The notes under the pieces are model-generated. The model made no database searches. It worked only from the letters and a program-made list of their open reading frames with translations, and was not told the DNA's origin. DNA of 64,000 nucleotides from Fervidobacterium sp. (GTDB lineage: Bacteria > Thermotogota > Thermotogae > Thermotogales > Fervidobacteriaceae). Below are positions 28,941-39,028 of this stretch, one piece after another. Positions within the stretch are counted from its first letter, which is position 1; every line of letters begins with the position of its first letter. Position numbers and translations under genes: made by a program. The stretch is from the NCBI GenBank assembly GCA_049970055.1, contig JBMFNR010000002.1, positions 340,406 through 404,405 of the forward strand, written 5' to 3'.

Positions 28941-29425
28941 TGAGCTGTAATTATAGAATCGTCTACTACCAGATACGTTGTTCCATCAAAAAGCACTCCG
29001 TCTGTATTTTCTGACTTAGGGTAGAAAAGCATCCTGTTGACGGCATTGTTGTATATTATTTGACCTATGACTTTTCTGCCGGAAATCTGGGCACCAATCC
29101 ACATCTGAGCTTTTCTGTAAAAATACTTTGATGGGTACGATGTTTTCTCGAAACATATAAACAAGTCAGGAGGTAGTTTCACATAATTTTCCGAGATGCC
29201 TATTTCACTACCGATGAGTATTCGAAATATATATTTATCGTATTTCACATCGTTTTTCTTTTCGATTGTGTATTTTGGGGTTTTGTAGTGGAATATGTGA
29301 ACCTTAAATCCATCGAAATAAATAGTGAACGGCACATCAAACAAGTGCCCATTTATAGTTGTAGTTATGAAAATTTCAGTTTCATATTCATCTACTGCAG
29401 CCGGGTTCCCCGAAAAAATAATCAT
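28937..29425 (-). CDS. Hypothetical protein
   Basis: Overlaps both neighbours by 4 nt (translational coupling); no motif recognised. Confidence 0.7.
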   Translation of the reverse strand: MIIFSGNPAAVDEYETEIFITTTINGHLFDVPFTIYFDGFKVHIFHYKTPKYTIEKKNDVKYDKYIFRILIGSEIGISENYVKLPPDLFICFEKTSYPSKYFYRKAQMWIGAQISGRKVIGQIIYNNAVNRMLFYPKSENTDGVLFDGTTYLVVDDSIITAQ

Positions 29426-30126
29426 CCACCCATCTCTCTTCTAAGTACTTCGTATATCAATATTCCCGCACTAACAGATACGTTTAGAGAATCAATAGTT
29501 TTTCTCATGGGAATAGATACAAGCTCATCGCACGATTCTTTTACAAGTGGTCTGATGCCACTGCCTTCGTTGCCAAAAACAATACCTAAAGGCCTTTCTA
29601 ATTTCACTTGCCAAATTGGTTTTCCATGCATATCCGCGCCATAAATCCATATACCTTGCGATTTTAATTTTTCTATGTACCTTGATAGGTTAACCGTTAT
29701 AGCGATAGGAATTCTGAAAACTGTTCCGGCAGAAGCTTTCACGGCACCTGGTGTTACATGTGCGCTGTTATCTTTTGTTAAGACTACCATGTCTACCCCG
29801 GCAGCTACAGCAGTTCTAATTATCGCACCTAAATTTTGAGGGTCTTGCACTTGGTCGAGTAAAATGATGAATGGATTTTCTGGAATGTAACTGTCATCAG
29901 CGTATTGGAAATCACCAATGTCTATTACAACTCCCTGATTTTTTTCTTCATTACATAATCTTTTTAGAATATTCTTTGGTGCTATCGTATGTGGTAATTT
30001 CCTTTCTCGCACTTGCGTAACTAGTTTCTCTAGTTCAGTATCATGAGAATCTGAAAAATATATCATCTTCACAGGATGATTGCTTGTTAAAATCTCCCTA
30101 AGCACATTTCTACCGTAAACTATCAA
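29422..30126 (-). CDS. rlmB: 23S rRNA Gm2251 methyltransferase (SPOUT)
   Basis: QDPQNLGAIIRT, FGNEGSG, IPM, SLNVSVS. Confidence 0.93.
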   Translation of the reverse strand: MIVYGRNVLREILTSNHPVKMIYFSDSHDTELEKLVTQVRERKLPHTIAPKNILKRLCNEEKNQGVVIDIGDFQYADDSYIPENPFIILLDQVQDPQNLGAIIRTAVAAGVDMVVLTKDNSAHVTPGAVKASAGTVFRIPIAITVNLSRYIEKLKSQGIWIYGADMHGKPIWQVKLERPLGIVFGNEGSGIRPLVKESCDELVSIPMRKTIDSLNVSVSAGILIYEVLRREMGG

Positions 30127-30151
30127 ATCTTACCACCTCATGTGCGATTTT

Positions 30152-30904
30152 CTATTTTTCTTTTATTCTATTCCAATACTTGTCGAGTTCTTCAAGTGAT
30201 AAGTCTTCAACTTTTTTACCATCATTTTGAATGAGTTTTTCCATCTTTTCGAATCTGCTAATGAATTTTTCTGTTGCCTTACGTATAGCCACCTCTGGAT
30301 CTACATTTAAAAACCGAGAAAGGTTAACAACGGCGAACAGTAAATCTCCAATCTCTTCCTCAGTTTCCTCAAGAGTTTTTGCATTCTTTAATTCTTCAAT
30401 TTCTTCGTGAACTTTATCCCAGACATCTTCTATCTTTACCCAGTCAAACCCAACGCCTGCTGCGTTCTCTTGAACTCTCCGTGCGAGTGATAATCCAGGC
30501 AACGCATGGTTTACATCCCCAATACTTGTCCTCTTTTTACTTCCCTTTTCCTTTGCTTTGATTTCTTCCCATCTTGCGTATGAGTACCCTTGTGCGTCTC
30601 CAAATACATGTGGGTGTCTTCTGATTAATTTGTCACTCAATGTTTTGATAACGTCAAAAATATCGAATGCGTTACGTTCTTTTGCAATCTGAGCATGAAA
30701 GACTACCTGCAATAACACATCTCCAAGTTCTTCCTTTAGTTCTTCATCATCTCTCATATCTATAGCATTAAGTACTTCATATGCTTCTTCAATTAAATAA
30801 GGCATCAAAGATTCGTGGGTCTGTGCTTTGTCCCAGTCGCAGCCATTTTTACTCCTTAATGTTGCCATTATTTCTACCAGTTTTTCAAATTCTTTTCCAG
30901 CCAC
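30152..30904 (-). CDS. mazG: Nucleoside triphosphate pyrophosphohydrolase
   Basis: GCDWD, EEAYEV, EELGDVLLQ, RRHPHVF, EEIGDLLF. Confidence 0.96.
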   Translation of the reverse strand: MAGKEFEKLVEIMATLRSKNGCDWDKAQTHESLMPYLIEEAYEVLNAIDMRDDEELKEELGDVLLQVVFHAQIAKERNAFDIFDVIKTLSDKLIRRHPHVFGDAQGYSYARWEEIKAKEKGSKKRTSIGDVNHALPGLSLARRVQENAAGVGFDWVKIEDVWDKVHEEIEELKNAKTLEETEEEIGDLLFAVVNLSRFLNVDPEVAIRKATEKFISRFEKMEKLIQNDGKKVEDLSLEELDKYWNRIKEK

Positions 30905-31869
30905 TGCTTAACTTCCTCCATTTCAACTTTTAACGACCGGCTCATCAAAGATTTTATGGACTCCAGTGGAGATTTCCTGTTGTATATAACTTCGTAAACT
31001 TCCTTTATTATCGGTAAATCGAACTTGTCTCCGTAATTTTCAACGATCGCCTTGCACGTGTAGGCACCTTCTACTACTTCTTTACTTGCTCTAAGCAAAT
31101 TCATTGGATCAAATTCTTTTGTTAACATTTCGCCGTATCTTCTATTTCTACTGTGTCTGCTGTTGCATGTAACAATGAGATCCCCCAAGCCAGCAAGTCC
31201 CATAAAGGTTAATGGGTTTGCTCCAAAATTAACTGAAAATCTTATTATTTCATACAACCCCCGAGTTATGAGTGCAGCTTTTGCGTTATCCCAACCTCCA
31301 AGTCCATCAATAATACCAGCCGCGATAGCTATAACATTCTTTAAAGCGCCCGCAAGCTCAATACCTGTTATATCGTTGTGTATGTAAACTCTGAAATAAT
31401 CATTTGAAAATTCCTTTTGAAATACTTCCGCATAAGCTCCGGCTACCACAACCGCTGTTGGTAATTTTTTAGCAACTTCTTCGGCGTGTGATGGGCCAGA
31501 GAGGATGGCATATTCACATCTTAATGTTTCGTTTACTATTTCTGAAATCCTTCGACCTGTTGAAACTTCGATCCCCTTTGAAAGGTTAAGTACAACATTC
31601 GGCTTATAGTCTACTTTTTCTAACACACTCCTCACAAACTGTGTAGGAGTTGCTATAACAAGAACATCATAGTGTTTACCAGCAGAGATATCATCTGTAA
31701 CGGGCACATGCAATGCTACATCAGGTAAGTGCGGCATGGACTTGCTGTTGTTTAATCTAGTGGCTAGTTCAGTTGTATGTGCCCATATCATCACGTCTTG
31801 TCCATTATCTTTCAAAAGTTGTGCGATTGTGCAGCCCCAACTCCCAGCACCTAAAACGAAATAACGCAT
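30874..31869 (-). CDS. gpsA: NAD(P)H-dependent glycerol-3-phosphate dehydrogenase
   Basis: GAGSWG, SKGIE, SGPSHAEE, GALKNV, GLGDL, SRN. Confidence 0.97.
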   Translation of the reverse strand: MRYFVLGAGSWGCTIAQLLKDNGQDVMIWAHTTELATRLNNSKSMPHLPDVALHVPVTDDISAGKHYDVLVIATPTQFVRSVLEKVDYKPNVVLNLSKGIEVSTGRRISEIVNETLRCEYAILSGPSHAEEVAKKLPTAVVVAGAYAEVFQKEFSNDYFRVYIHNDITGIELAGALKNVIAIAAGIIDGLGGWDNAKAALITRGLYEIIRFSVNFGANPLTFMGLAGLGDLIVTCNSRHSRNRRYGEMLTKEFDPMNLLRASKEVVEGAYTCKAIVENYGDKFDLPIIKEVYEVIYNRKSPLESIKSLMSRSLKVEMEEVKQWLEKNLKNW

Positions 31870-31893
31870 GTTTACACCTCATTTTAGTAGCTT

Positions 31894-32838
31894 TTATTCA
31901 GCCCTGACAAAATCAGCAATAGCTTTCACTGACCATTTGACGGCAGGTGTTCGATAGGGGTTTGATGCACTATCGAGTTTTATTATCCATTCTTCACTTC
32001 CTGAGTCTTCAGGATAGGCAACCAGATAATAATGCTGTTGAAAATCTCCATCTGACGATATAACTTTTATTAAATAAGCATTGTTCCATGTTGATTTGTA
32101 AATTCCCTTGATTACTGCAATCGTTGACTTTTCTTTAAACACCTTACCTAATAGTTCTACGAATTTTTCTTCTCGTACTTTAAGTTTTGCATGAGGCATT
32201 TCGTGGATACCTCCAATCAATCTTTCTACTTCTGCGTGCTTTACCTTTCGTAATTGAACTAAGTATATGTTTCTTCCATACTTTATCCATTTTCGCTCAT
32301 AACGAGTTTTAATCTCCCTATCTGGATTTTCAATAAATTTTTCAACTTCAAAGTAACTTTTTTGCGTGGCTATTTCAATAGTTTGCTTTGCATACCATTC
32401 AACGTCTGTTGCAAGTTCGAATACACCATTCTCAGTTAGGACATTGGAAAGGGTATCAAAGAACTCTGGTATAATTATCCTTCGTCTTTCGTGTGCTTTC
32501 TTATCCCACGGAATTGGAAAATTCATTACTACCTTTTCAACGGATTTCGGCCCAAAAAACTCTCGCATTCCGAACCGCGCATCGGTTATAACTAACCTAA
32601 CATTCGAAAAATCTCTGAGCCTATTGTTGGCTTTTTTCATTGAAGTTATAGCAACTTCAAAGCCTACGAAATTTTTATTCTGGTATAAAGAAGCATAAGA
32701 GTGAAGGTATTCCCCGCTACCAAAGCCTATTTCAACAATTATACCGTTGTTATTTTGAAAAATTTCTGTCCAATCAAGCGGTAAATAGTCAAAATAAGCA
32801 GGCTTTATTTCTTTACTGAAAAGCTCCAAGTTTAACAC
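31894..32838 (-). CDS. trmB: tRNA (guanine-N7)-methyltransferase with C-terminal extension
   Basis: EIGFGSGE, NFPIPW, ATD, TRYE. Confidence 0.94.
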   Translation of the reverse strand: MLNLELFSKEIKPAYFDYLPLDWTEIFQNNNGIIVEIGFGSGEYLHSYASLYQNKNFVGFEVAITSMKKANNRLRDFSNVRLVITDARFGMREFFGPKSVEKVVMNFPIPWDKKAHERRRIIIPEFFDTLSNVLTENGVFELATDVEWYAKQTIEIATQKSYFEVEKFIENPDREIKTRYERKWIKYGRNIYLVQLRKVKHAEVERLIGGIHEMPHAKLKVREEKFVELLGKVFKEKSTIAVIKGIYKSTWNNAYLIKVISSDGDFQQHYYLVAYPEDSGSEEWIIKLDSASNPYRTPAVKWSVKAIADFVRAE

Positions 32839-32876
32839 CCCTGACTTAGCTATATTTGGCTATTTTGACTGGCTTT

Positions 32877-34877
32877 TCATTTAAACATACTAGAAAGTTC
32901 TTTGATGTATTGACCTGTTGGATAGAGTTTTTTGTACTCTTGGAAAATCCCTAAAGCATCATCTTTATTACCTAATTTGAATTTACTTACGATTTCGTAG
33001 TAGTAAACGTCTTCTTTGAAATACACATCTATCCCTTCAAGTTGATTTCTTACATACGAGAGTATTTTATTGGATTCTTCGTATTGAGCGTTGTTGTAGA
33101 ACCTAAGACCTATGAGGAAAAGTTCTCTTAAATCCTTAGTTTCTCTTATCAGTTTACCGATATCGTTCGCTGTTTGATTGTCTGATGTTGATTGAACCGT
33201 GGTAGTTTGGATACTACTTTGCTGTAAGTTTTTAATTGTAACATCTTGTGAAGTAAATTTCGAAACTTGAGCTTTAATATCCGTTATTTCTTTGGTTAAA
33301 TTAGATAGTGTATTTTCCAATTTTGATATTGATTCTTTGATGTCGCTTATCTCTTTCGAGGCAATGCTATTTTCAGATGACGTCATATTCTTCAATATTT
33401 GTTGTATCTCAGAGATATTTGCTTCCATCGATTTTAATCTGCCTTCTGCATCTACACTTGCTTGTTGGAAAGTTTGCGTATTTTGCTGCGGAATTTGTGA
33501 AATTCCTTGCAAAGCTATGTTTAATTTTTTGGAAAGCAACTCGACTTGCTCTTTGACTGTTTCTATATCTGAAGCATCAACTTTTGCACTTATTAGTTTG
33601 GATATTTGATCTTTTAGTTCAACAAGTCTTGCCTCAATACTTTCAACCTTTTCAAAGTTTTGATACGATGTCTGTGTTGAGTCTCCATCAGTTACGTATT
33701 GTTGAATTTTCAGTTTTTCAATTTCTTTTTCTATTGCAAACATTTTTTGAGATATTAACTCAAGTTTTGCAACCAAAGATAGAGTATTTTTTTTGAGTTC
33801 GTCAAATGATAAATCGTAATTTTTGCTTTGACTTTGTATTTGGATTGTACCAAAAATAGAATTTAGCTTACTAAGCATCTTCTCCATCTGAGACTTTAGC
33901 TCAGCTACTGAAGTTGAGAGATTTGAAAGTGATTGTTTGTCATAAACAATTTGACCATTTTGAATATTTTGCGTTGTTTTTGAGATGTTAATTGCTTTGA
34001 CTTCTTTTTCAAGTTGAACTATCTTATCTGCTAAGAATTTGATTTGGTCGTTAAGCACCTCGAATGTGGTATCGTTGTTTTGTACAAAAGTTGTTGTATT
34101 TTCTGAAGAGACTTTCTTGTCGACATAGTCCAAACTTGCCTTTAAAATATCGATAGATTGAACAATCTTGGCAATTTGTTGATCTGTTTTGGATGAGAAT
34201 GTTGAGAGATTTGTTGAAAGTTCATCTATTTTTTTACCAAGAATCAGTGTACTAACACTTCCAGATGTTGTCAATGAAAATATTGAAACGATAAGATTTG
34301 AAAGAACAATTACGAATAGTGTTATCAGTACAGCAGGTCCTAAGAAACTTTTAATTGCTGTTTTCATTTTGGCACGCGATAGTACAGGATGAGTTTTATC
34401 GATTTGCGAAAGTATTTCCGAAAGGTTTTTAATCTTCTTTTTATCGTTCCTCCTTATGGCAGCTAGAAGCTCCAAAGCAATAACTTCAACAACTTGAGGA
34501 TAAGACCGTTTAAGCTTTTGTATTTCAGCAACAAAGATAGGATAATTTTCCGATGTGTATTCTTTAATTACTTTCTCCAAAGCCTCACTAACGTTATCAG
34601 CATCGTTTTCAATAGTTTGAGCTACATGAAGATAAGTCTGCTGCTTATCTTTAGGTAGATAGTTGTAAATTTCTAAAGCACGCTTGTAATTTCCCGCTTG
34701 GACTTCCAGTTCAAAAAGCAAATGATTGTATTTTTCACCCAAAGATTCTAAAATGTTTCTTGCAAGGGAAAGCTCGTTGCTTGACAAAAGCATCCTTATA
34801 AGTTTTTCTACTGCCATGTTTTCATCATCTTTACCAATGCTATCTTTGTCAAACAAATTTTTGTCGTAAAAGGCCAT
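32877..34877 (-). CDS. Membrane-anchored long coiled-coil protein with terminal TPR-like domains
   Basis: One TM at about aa 180-202; heptad-rich central region; C-terminal YYYEIVSKFKLG...YKKLYPTGQY TPR-like segment. Confidence 0.75.
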   Translation of the reverse strand: MAFYDKNLFDKDSIGKDDENMAVEKLIRMLLSSNELSLARNILESLGEKYNHLLFELEVQAGNYKRALEIYNYLPKDKQQTYLHVAQTIENDADNVSEALEKVIKEYTSENYPIFVAEIQKLKRSYPQVVEVIALELLAAIRRNDKKKIKNLSEILSQIDKTHPVLSRAKMKTAIKSFLGPAVLITLFVIVLSNLIVSIFSLTTSGSVSTLILGKKIDELSTNLSTFSSKTDQQIAKIVQSIDILKASLDYVDKKVSSENTTTFVQNNDTTFEVLNDQIKFLADKIVQLEKEVKAINISKTTQNIQNGQIVYDKQSLSNLSTSVAELKSQMEKMLSKLNSIFGTIQIQSQSKNYDLSFDELKKNTLSLVAKLELISQKMFAIEKEIEKLKIQQYVTDGDSTQTSYQNFEKVESIEARLVELKDQISKLISAKVDASDIETVKEQVELLSKKLNIALQGISQIPQQNTQTFQQASVDAEGRLKSMEANISEIQQILKNMTSSENSIASKEISDIKESISKLENTLSNLTKEITDIKAQVSKFTSQDVTIKNLQQSSIQTTTVQSTSDNQTANDIGKLIRETKDLRELFLIGLRFYNNAQYEESNKILSYVRNQLEGIDVYFKEDVYYYEIVSKFKLGNKDDALGIFQEYKKLYPTGQYIKELSSMFK

Positions 34878-34913
34878 AATCTAACCCTCCATATATCTCT
34901 GTTCTGATGGGAA

Positions 34914-36425
34914 TTAAATTTTACCAAATGCCTCTGGTATTTTGTTAAGTACATCAAAGCTGCTATTGAAGCCTTCTTGTGTTATGGATTCACCAGCTAG
35001 TCCAAATACGTAAACACCTGTTTTGACTGATTCTAACACATCTAAGTGTTGTGATATGAGACCAGCGATGATGCCAGAGAGTATATCGCCACTTCCTGCT
35101 TTTGACAGTGATGTGTTGCCTGATATATTGAAAAAAGTTGAGTTCCCATCAGTTACTATAGTCGTTGCATCTTTCAATATCGTTATAACCGAATACGCCG
35201 AAGAGAACCTTTCAGCTTCTATGTAATTTTGTTTAATCTCAGAAATTGTTTTACCTGTCAACCTCGAGAATTCACCGGGATGAGGTGTTATTACAATTGT
35301 CTTATCGTACCTTTTCTCTTTCAACAGACTTAAATCTGATGATAAAATGTTCAACGCGTCCGCATCGATTATAAGAGTATTTTTAATGTCCCTGATTAGG
35401 TATCTTAAAATTGCCAATTTTTCATCTTTTTCATTTTGACCCCACCCAGGCCCAACAACAATAATTGACTTTTCTGAAGAAGTTGAGATAAGCGATTTTA
35501 TTAAATCTAAGTTAACACTATCCATTTTATAACAGATCAGAGATGGGTCGTGAGCCATAGCAGATTGACAAACTTCAGATGGAGCAATTAATTTTACCAT
35601 ACCGGCGCCTGCACGTTGAGATGCGAGGGCAGATAAAACGGGTGCACCAACGTACTCTTTTGATCCACCTATGACGATAACTTCTCCAAAGCTTTTTTTG
35701 TGAGACCAACGAGGCCTTATGGGTTTTTTCACATCACTTGTAATGAGAAATCTTTTGAATTGTCCTGATGAAAAAATCTGAGAAGGAATGCCAATTTGCG
35801 CAATTTTCAATTTTCCAGTCAGATCTCTGCCAGGGTACAAAAGGTGCCCAGGCTTTGGAAATCCAAAAGTTACCGTTAGGTAAGCCTTCACCGCTGCCCC
35901 TTGTATCTTTCCTGTATCTGTATCTACACCAGATGGTATGTCAACTGAAATGGTGCAATTTGAATATATATTCACAGCTTCTATAAGGTTTACCAATCTT
36001 TGATCTGTGATTTCTCTTTTTAAGCCTGTCCCGAAGATAGCATCTATAACTATATCGGATGAGGCTATCATTTCGATTGCTTTCTCAAGGCCTATTTCAT
36101 CGTATTTATAAATGATTCCCCCGTGTTTGAAAAATCGTGTCTGATTAAGTTTCGCAACATCTGTTTTTGGTTCATTGATTGCGATTACTCTGACAGCTTC
36201 CGTGTAGTTTAGTAAGTCCCTCGCCACTACGTAGCCATCGCCGCCGTTATTTCCAGTGCCACAGATTACTAGAAAATTCTTATCCGACAGGTTGCCGTAC
36301 TCGTTCCATATAGCCTGGACAGTTGACAAACCAGCTCGTTCCATAAGTATTTCTTCACTTATATCGAATTTTTCAATTGTTGATCTCTCAACACTTCTCA
36401 TTTCGTCAGAGGTTATCACTATCAT
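34914..36425 (-). CDS. nnr: Bifunctional NAD(P)HX epimerase/dehydratase
   Basis: GTGNNGGDG, DAIFGTG, DIPSG, DADAL, TPHPGEF, AGSGDILSG. Confidence 0.96.
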   Translation of the reverse strand: MIVITSDEMRSVERSTIEKFDISEEILMERAGLSTVQAIWNEYGNLSDKNFLVICGTGNNGGDGYVVARDLLNYTEAVRVIAINEPKTDVAKLNQTRFFKHGGIIYKYDEIGLEKAIEMIASSDIVIDAIFGTGLKREITDQRLVNLIEAVNIYSNCTISVDIPSGVDTDTGKIQGAAVKAYLTVTFGFPKPGHLLYPGRDLTGKLKIAQIGIPSQIFSSGQFKRFLITSDVKKPIRPRWSHKKSFGEVIVIGGSKEYVGAPVLSALASQRAGAGMVKLIAPSEVCQSAMAHDPSLICYKMDSVNLDLIKSLISTSSEKSIIVVGPGWGQNEKDEKLAILRYLIRDIKNTLIIDADALNILSSDLSLLKEKRYDKTIVITPHPGEFSRLTGKTISEIKQNYIEAERFSSAYSVITILKDATTIVTDGNSTFFNISGNTSLSKAGSGDILSGIIAGLISQHLDVLESVKTGVYVFGLAGESITQEGFNSSFDVLNKIPEAFGKI

Positions 36426-36429
36426 TCAA

Positions 36430-36891
36430 TCATCTCCTGTAAAGGAAGGTGTAAACAGTATAATTGGTCATTACTTTCCTAACGTACCTACTTCCAGCAT
36501 CATCCTTTATCTCTTGACTTGCATACGGTCCAGTATTATAGTGAACTAAAGCTTGGTAGAGATCATTGTCTTTTTCTATAAGGTATTTCAGGTAAATACA
36601 ACCAAGCGCAATATTTCCTTCAGGCTTTGTATAGTCGTAATTCAGATTGAATTTCTTGTTTATCCACTCTGCGGTGTCAGGCATTAGTTGCATTAATCCA
36701 TACGCTCCTGCATTTGAACGTGCTGTTTCTCTGAAGCTGCTTTCTGTTTTGATAACGCTAATAACAAGTAGAGGATCTAGATCGTTGCAGTTTTGAATAA
36801 CTGTTCCGTAATATTTCAATGGAAAATATTCCGTAAGCAAAAAAATGAAAAAAAGCAAAAAAACACTTAAAAACAAAGCTAATTGCCGCAT
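36430..36891 (-). CDS. Lytic transglycosylase (SLT domain)
   Basis: IKTESSF, GAYGLMQLMP, YNTG. Confidence 0.93.
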   Translation of the reverse strand: MRQLALFLSVFLLFFIFLLTEYFPLKYYGTVIQNCNDLDPLLVISVIKTESSFRETARSNAGAYGLMQLMPDTAEWINKKFNLNYDYTKPEGNIALGCIYLKYLIEKDNDLYQALVHYNTGPYASQEIKDDAGSRYVRKVMTNYTVYTFLYRR

Positions 36892-36902
36892 CTTCTCAAA
36901 CC

Positions 36903-36934
36903 TGCCTTTTACTTAATATGCCTTTTACTTAATA
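36903..36934. repeat. Exact 16-bp tandem duplication
   Basis: TGCCTTTTACTTAATA x2. Confidence 0.88.
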
Positions 36935-36998
36935 ACTTAATTAATGATTAATCTTAATAAATTATAACACATTAAAACCTATGAAACAATACAAACGA

Positions 36999-37715
36999 TC
37001 ACAAAAAATAAAGATACCTTGCGAGTGTCAAGATATATCCACTCAGAATAATAAATGGACCAAAAGGAATGATTTTATCCTTCTTTATAACTGAAAATAT
37101 TATACCACCAATGGATGAAAGTAAAAGTAACAGAGGCATAAAGATAAATCCGGCAGAGAACGCCATAACGGGTAGTAAGAATATATCGCCTTCGCCGATT
37201 CCATTTTTATACCGGAACTTCAATAAAATCAAAATTGAAATAGTCACAACGGCACTGATAATATCTAAAGTTAATTGATCTTTAAAATAAGTCAAGTTAG
37301 CATATGTAGATACAACAAGAATAACAATCCAAGTGTAGTCCGGAAGTAGCATTTTTTTCAAGTCGGTAACAACAGCTGGCAATGAGACTGTGAATATGGC
37401 GCTCATTACTGTAGCTAAGTCTGGTGGTAGTATTAAAAAGTTTGTTGTGAAGATTATGGCGTATAGTAATTCAACCAGTGGATATCTGATGCTGATCTTT
37501 TCTTTACAATATCTACATCTGCCCTTGAGTATTACATAACTCAGTATCGGTATATTATCGTACCACTTTATCCGTCGTTTGCAATTTGGACATATTGAAA
37601 AACGGGGCTCAGTTACTTTGAGCCCCGCGATTGGACGGTATATTAAGACATTAGCAAAGCTACCTAATATGGCACCAAAGATAAAAGCTATTAAATACTT
37701 CATTTTATACCGCAC
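36999..37715 (-). CDS. Prepilin peptidase (A24)
   Basis: GSFANVLIYR, CPNC/CRYC, TDLK, GEGD, IPFGPF. Confidence 0.93.
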   Translation of the reverse strand: MRYKMKYLIAFIFGAILGSFANVLIYRPIAGLKVTEPRFSICPNCKRRIKWYDNIPILSYVILKGRCRYCKEKISIRYPLVELLYAIIFTTNFLILPPDLATVMSAIFTVSLPAVVTDLKKMLLPDYTWIVILVVSTYANLTYFKDQLTLDIISAVVTISILILLKFRYKNGIGEGDIFLLPVMAFSAGFIFMPLLLLLSSIGGIIFSVIKKDKIIPFGPFIILSGYILTLARYLYFL

Positions 37716-38779
37716 AACTCCTTCTCACTATTTGTGAGTAACTCATCGAAGAATTCTCTTTTTCCGTACAAGTACCAGAAATTATCGTCTTTAAGTTCCT
37801 CCACAACGCGTTTAGCTTTTTCGATTTGGTTTGTTTTTATATATGCAACGGCTAATACCAAATTGAGATGTTTCGCTTCAGGTATTGAATTTATAACATT
37901 CTCAACAACAGAAATTACTTTATCGTAATTTCCTTTTTTCAAATGCACCTTTGCCCAAATTTCGATGCCGTTTGGATCTTTCTGTGGATCTATCTCCATA
38001 ATCAAAGATTCGTACTCTTTTGCTTTGTCCTCATTACCCGCTTTTCTATATAGTTCAGCAAGTTCGTAAAGTGCAATGATGCTATTTTCAGAATTTTCTC
38101 TAAATTTTTCTAATATTTCAATTGCTTTGTCAATTTTGCCCACCTTTGTGTAAGCATCTGATATCATAAAGTATGTAAAGGTATTCGATGGTGATAATGA
38201 AATTTCTTTTTCCCAATACTCAATAGCCTTTTCGTATTTCCCCATATTATAGTATGCTTCACCGATCATAGAATATGATTGGATGAGCCACGGATCAAGT
38301 TCAATGGATCTATTAAGATACTTAATAGCCCCTTCGATATCTCCTTCTTCCAGAAGCAGAGAGCCATAAAATTCGTAAGCAGGGGCGTAATTCTTATCAA
38401 GTTTTATCGCGAATTTTAATATATCCTTCGCGATGTCAGTGGCATTTTTGTCAGCATACTCGATTGCTAGTTCATAAAGCCCATCGGCAGTAGCATGAAC
38501 CATGTTTTCGGGTGTGAGCCTGTATTTCTCCAAAAATTCAGCTACTTCGGTCCAAACAACAGGTTCGTAAACAATTTCATTCAACGAGACAATGCGCTCT
38601 TCAAGTTTTTCAAGTGTTTCCACTTTTTTGTTTAGTTCCTCTACTTCCTCTAAGTCTTTCATTAGGTTTTTCCAGTCGCCAGAATAGAAAATATCTCTTA
38701 ATATAACAAGTATTGGTGTTTCCTCATCAATGTCGATAACAAAATGTTCCATGGAGCCCAAGATAAGTCTTATGATCAT
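37700..38779 (-). CDS. Tetratricopeptide repeat protein
   Basis: Multiple TPRs (AYEFYGSLL, GEAYYNMGKYEKAIEYW). Confidence 0.9.
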   Translation of the reverse strand: MIIRLILGSMEHFVIDIDEETPILVILRDIFYSGDWKNLMKDLEEVEELNKKVETLEKLEERIVSLNEIVYEPVVWTEVAEFLEKYRLTPENMVHATADGLYELAIEYADKNATDIAKDILKFAIKLDKNYAPAYEFYGSLLLEEGDIEGAIKYLNRSIELDPWLIQSYSMIGEAYYNMGKYEKAIEYWEKEISLSPSNTFTYFMISDAYTKVGKIDKAIEILEKFRENSENSIIALYELAELYRKAGNEDKAKEYESLIMEIDPQKDPNGIEIWAKVHLKKGNYDKVISVVENVINSIPEAKHLNLVLAVAYIKTNQIEKAKRVVEELKDDNFWYLYGKREFFDELLTNSEKELCGIK

Positions 38780-38943
38780 TTAACAACACCTCCTGTTTTG
38801 TAACGTTCCATTTACATTTTACCATTTTTCTTCATAAAAGTAAATACTCCCTAAAACATTGCAATAGATAGAAATAGATAGATAAAAATGAAAGAAAGAA
38901 ACAAGTGAGAAAAATCCATTAAAATCTGAGAAAAGTCAATGAC

Positions 38944-38977
38944 TTTAAGGTTATTCTAAGGAATCGTGTGATATAAT
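38944..38977 (+). promoter_or_regulatory. htrA promoter with OmpR-family-like direct repeat
   Basis: TTTAAG-N5-TCTAAG, 11 bp upstream of TATAAT with TG extension. Confidence 0.55.
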
Positions 38978-39028
38978 CAATAATGGAGCAAGATTTACAA
39001 ACTTAAAAAGTGGAGGAGGTGTTTATTT

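Noticed and set aside
38863..38900. AATAGATAGA / GAAA short repeats upstream of htrA
   Set aside because: Low-complexity purine-rich sequence with no evidence of function
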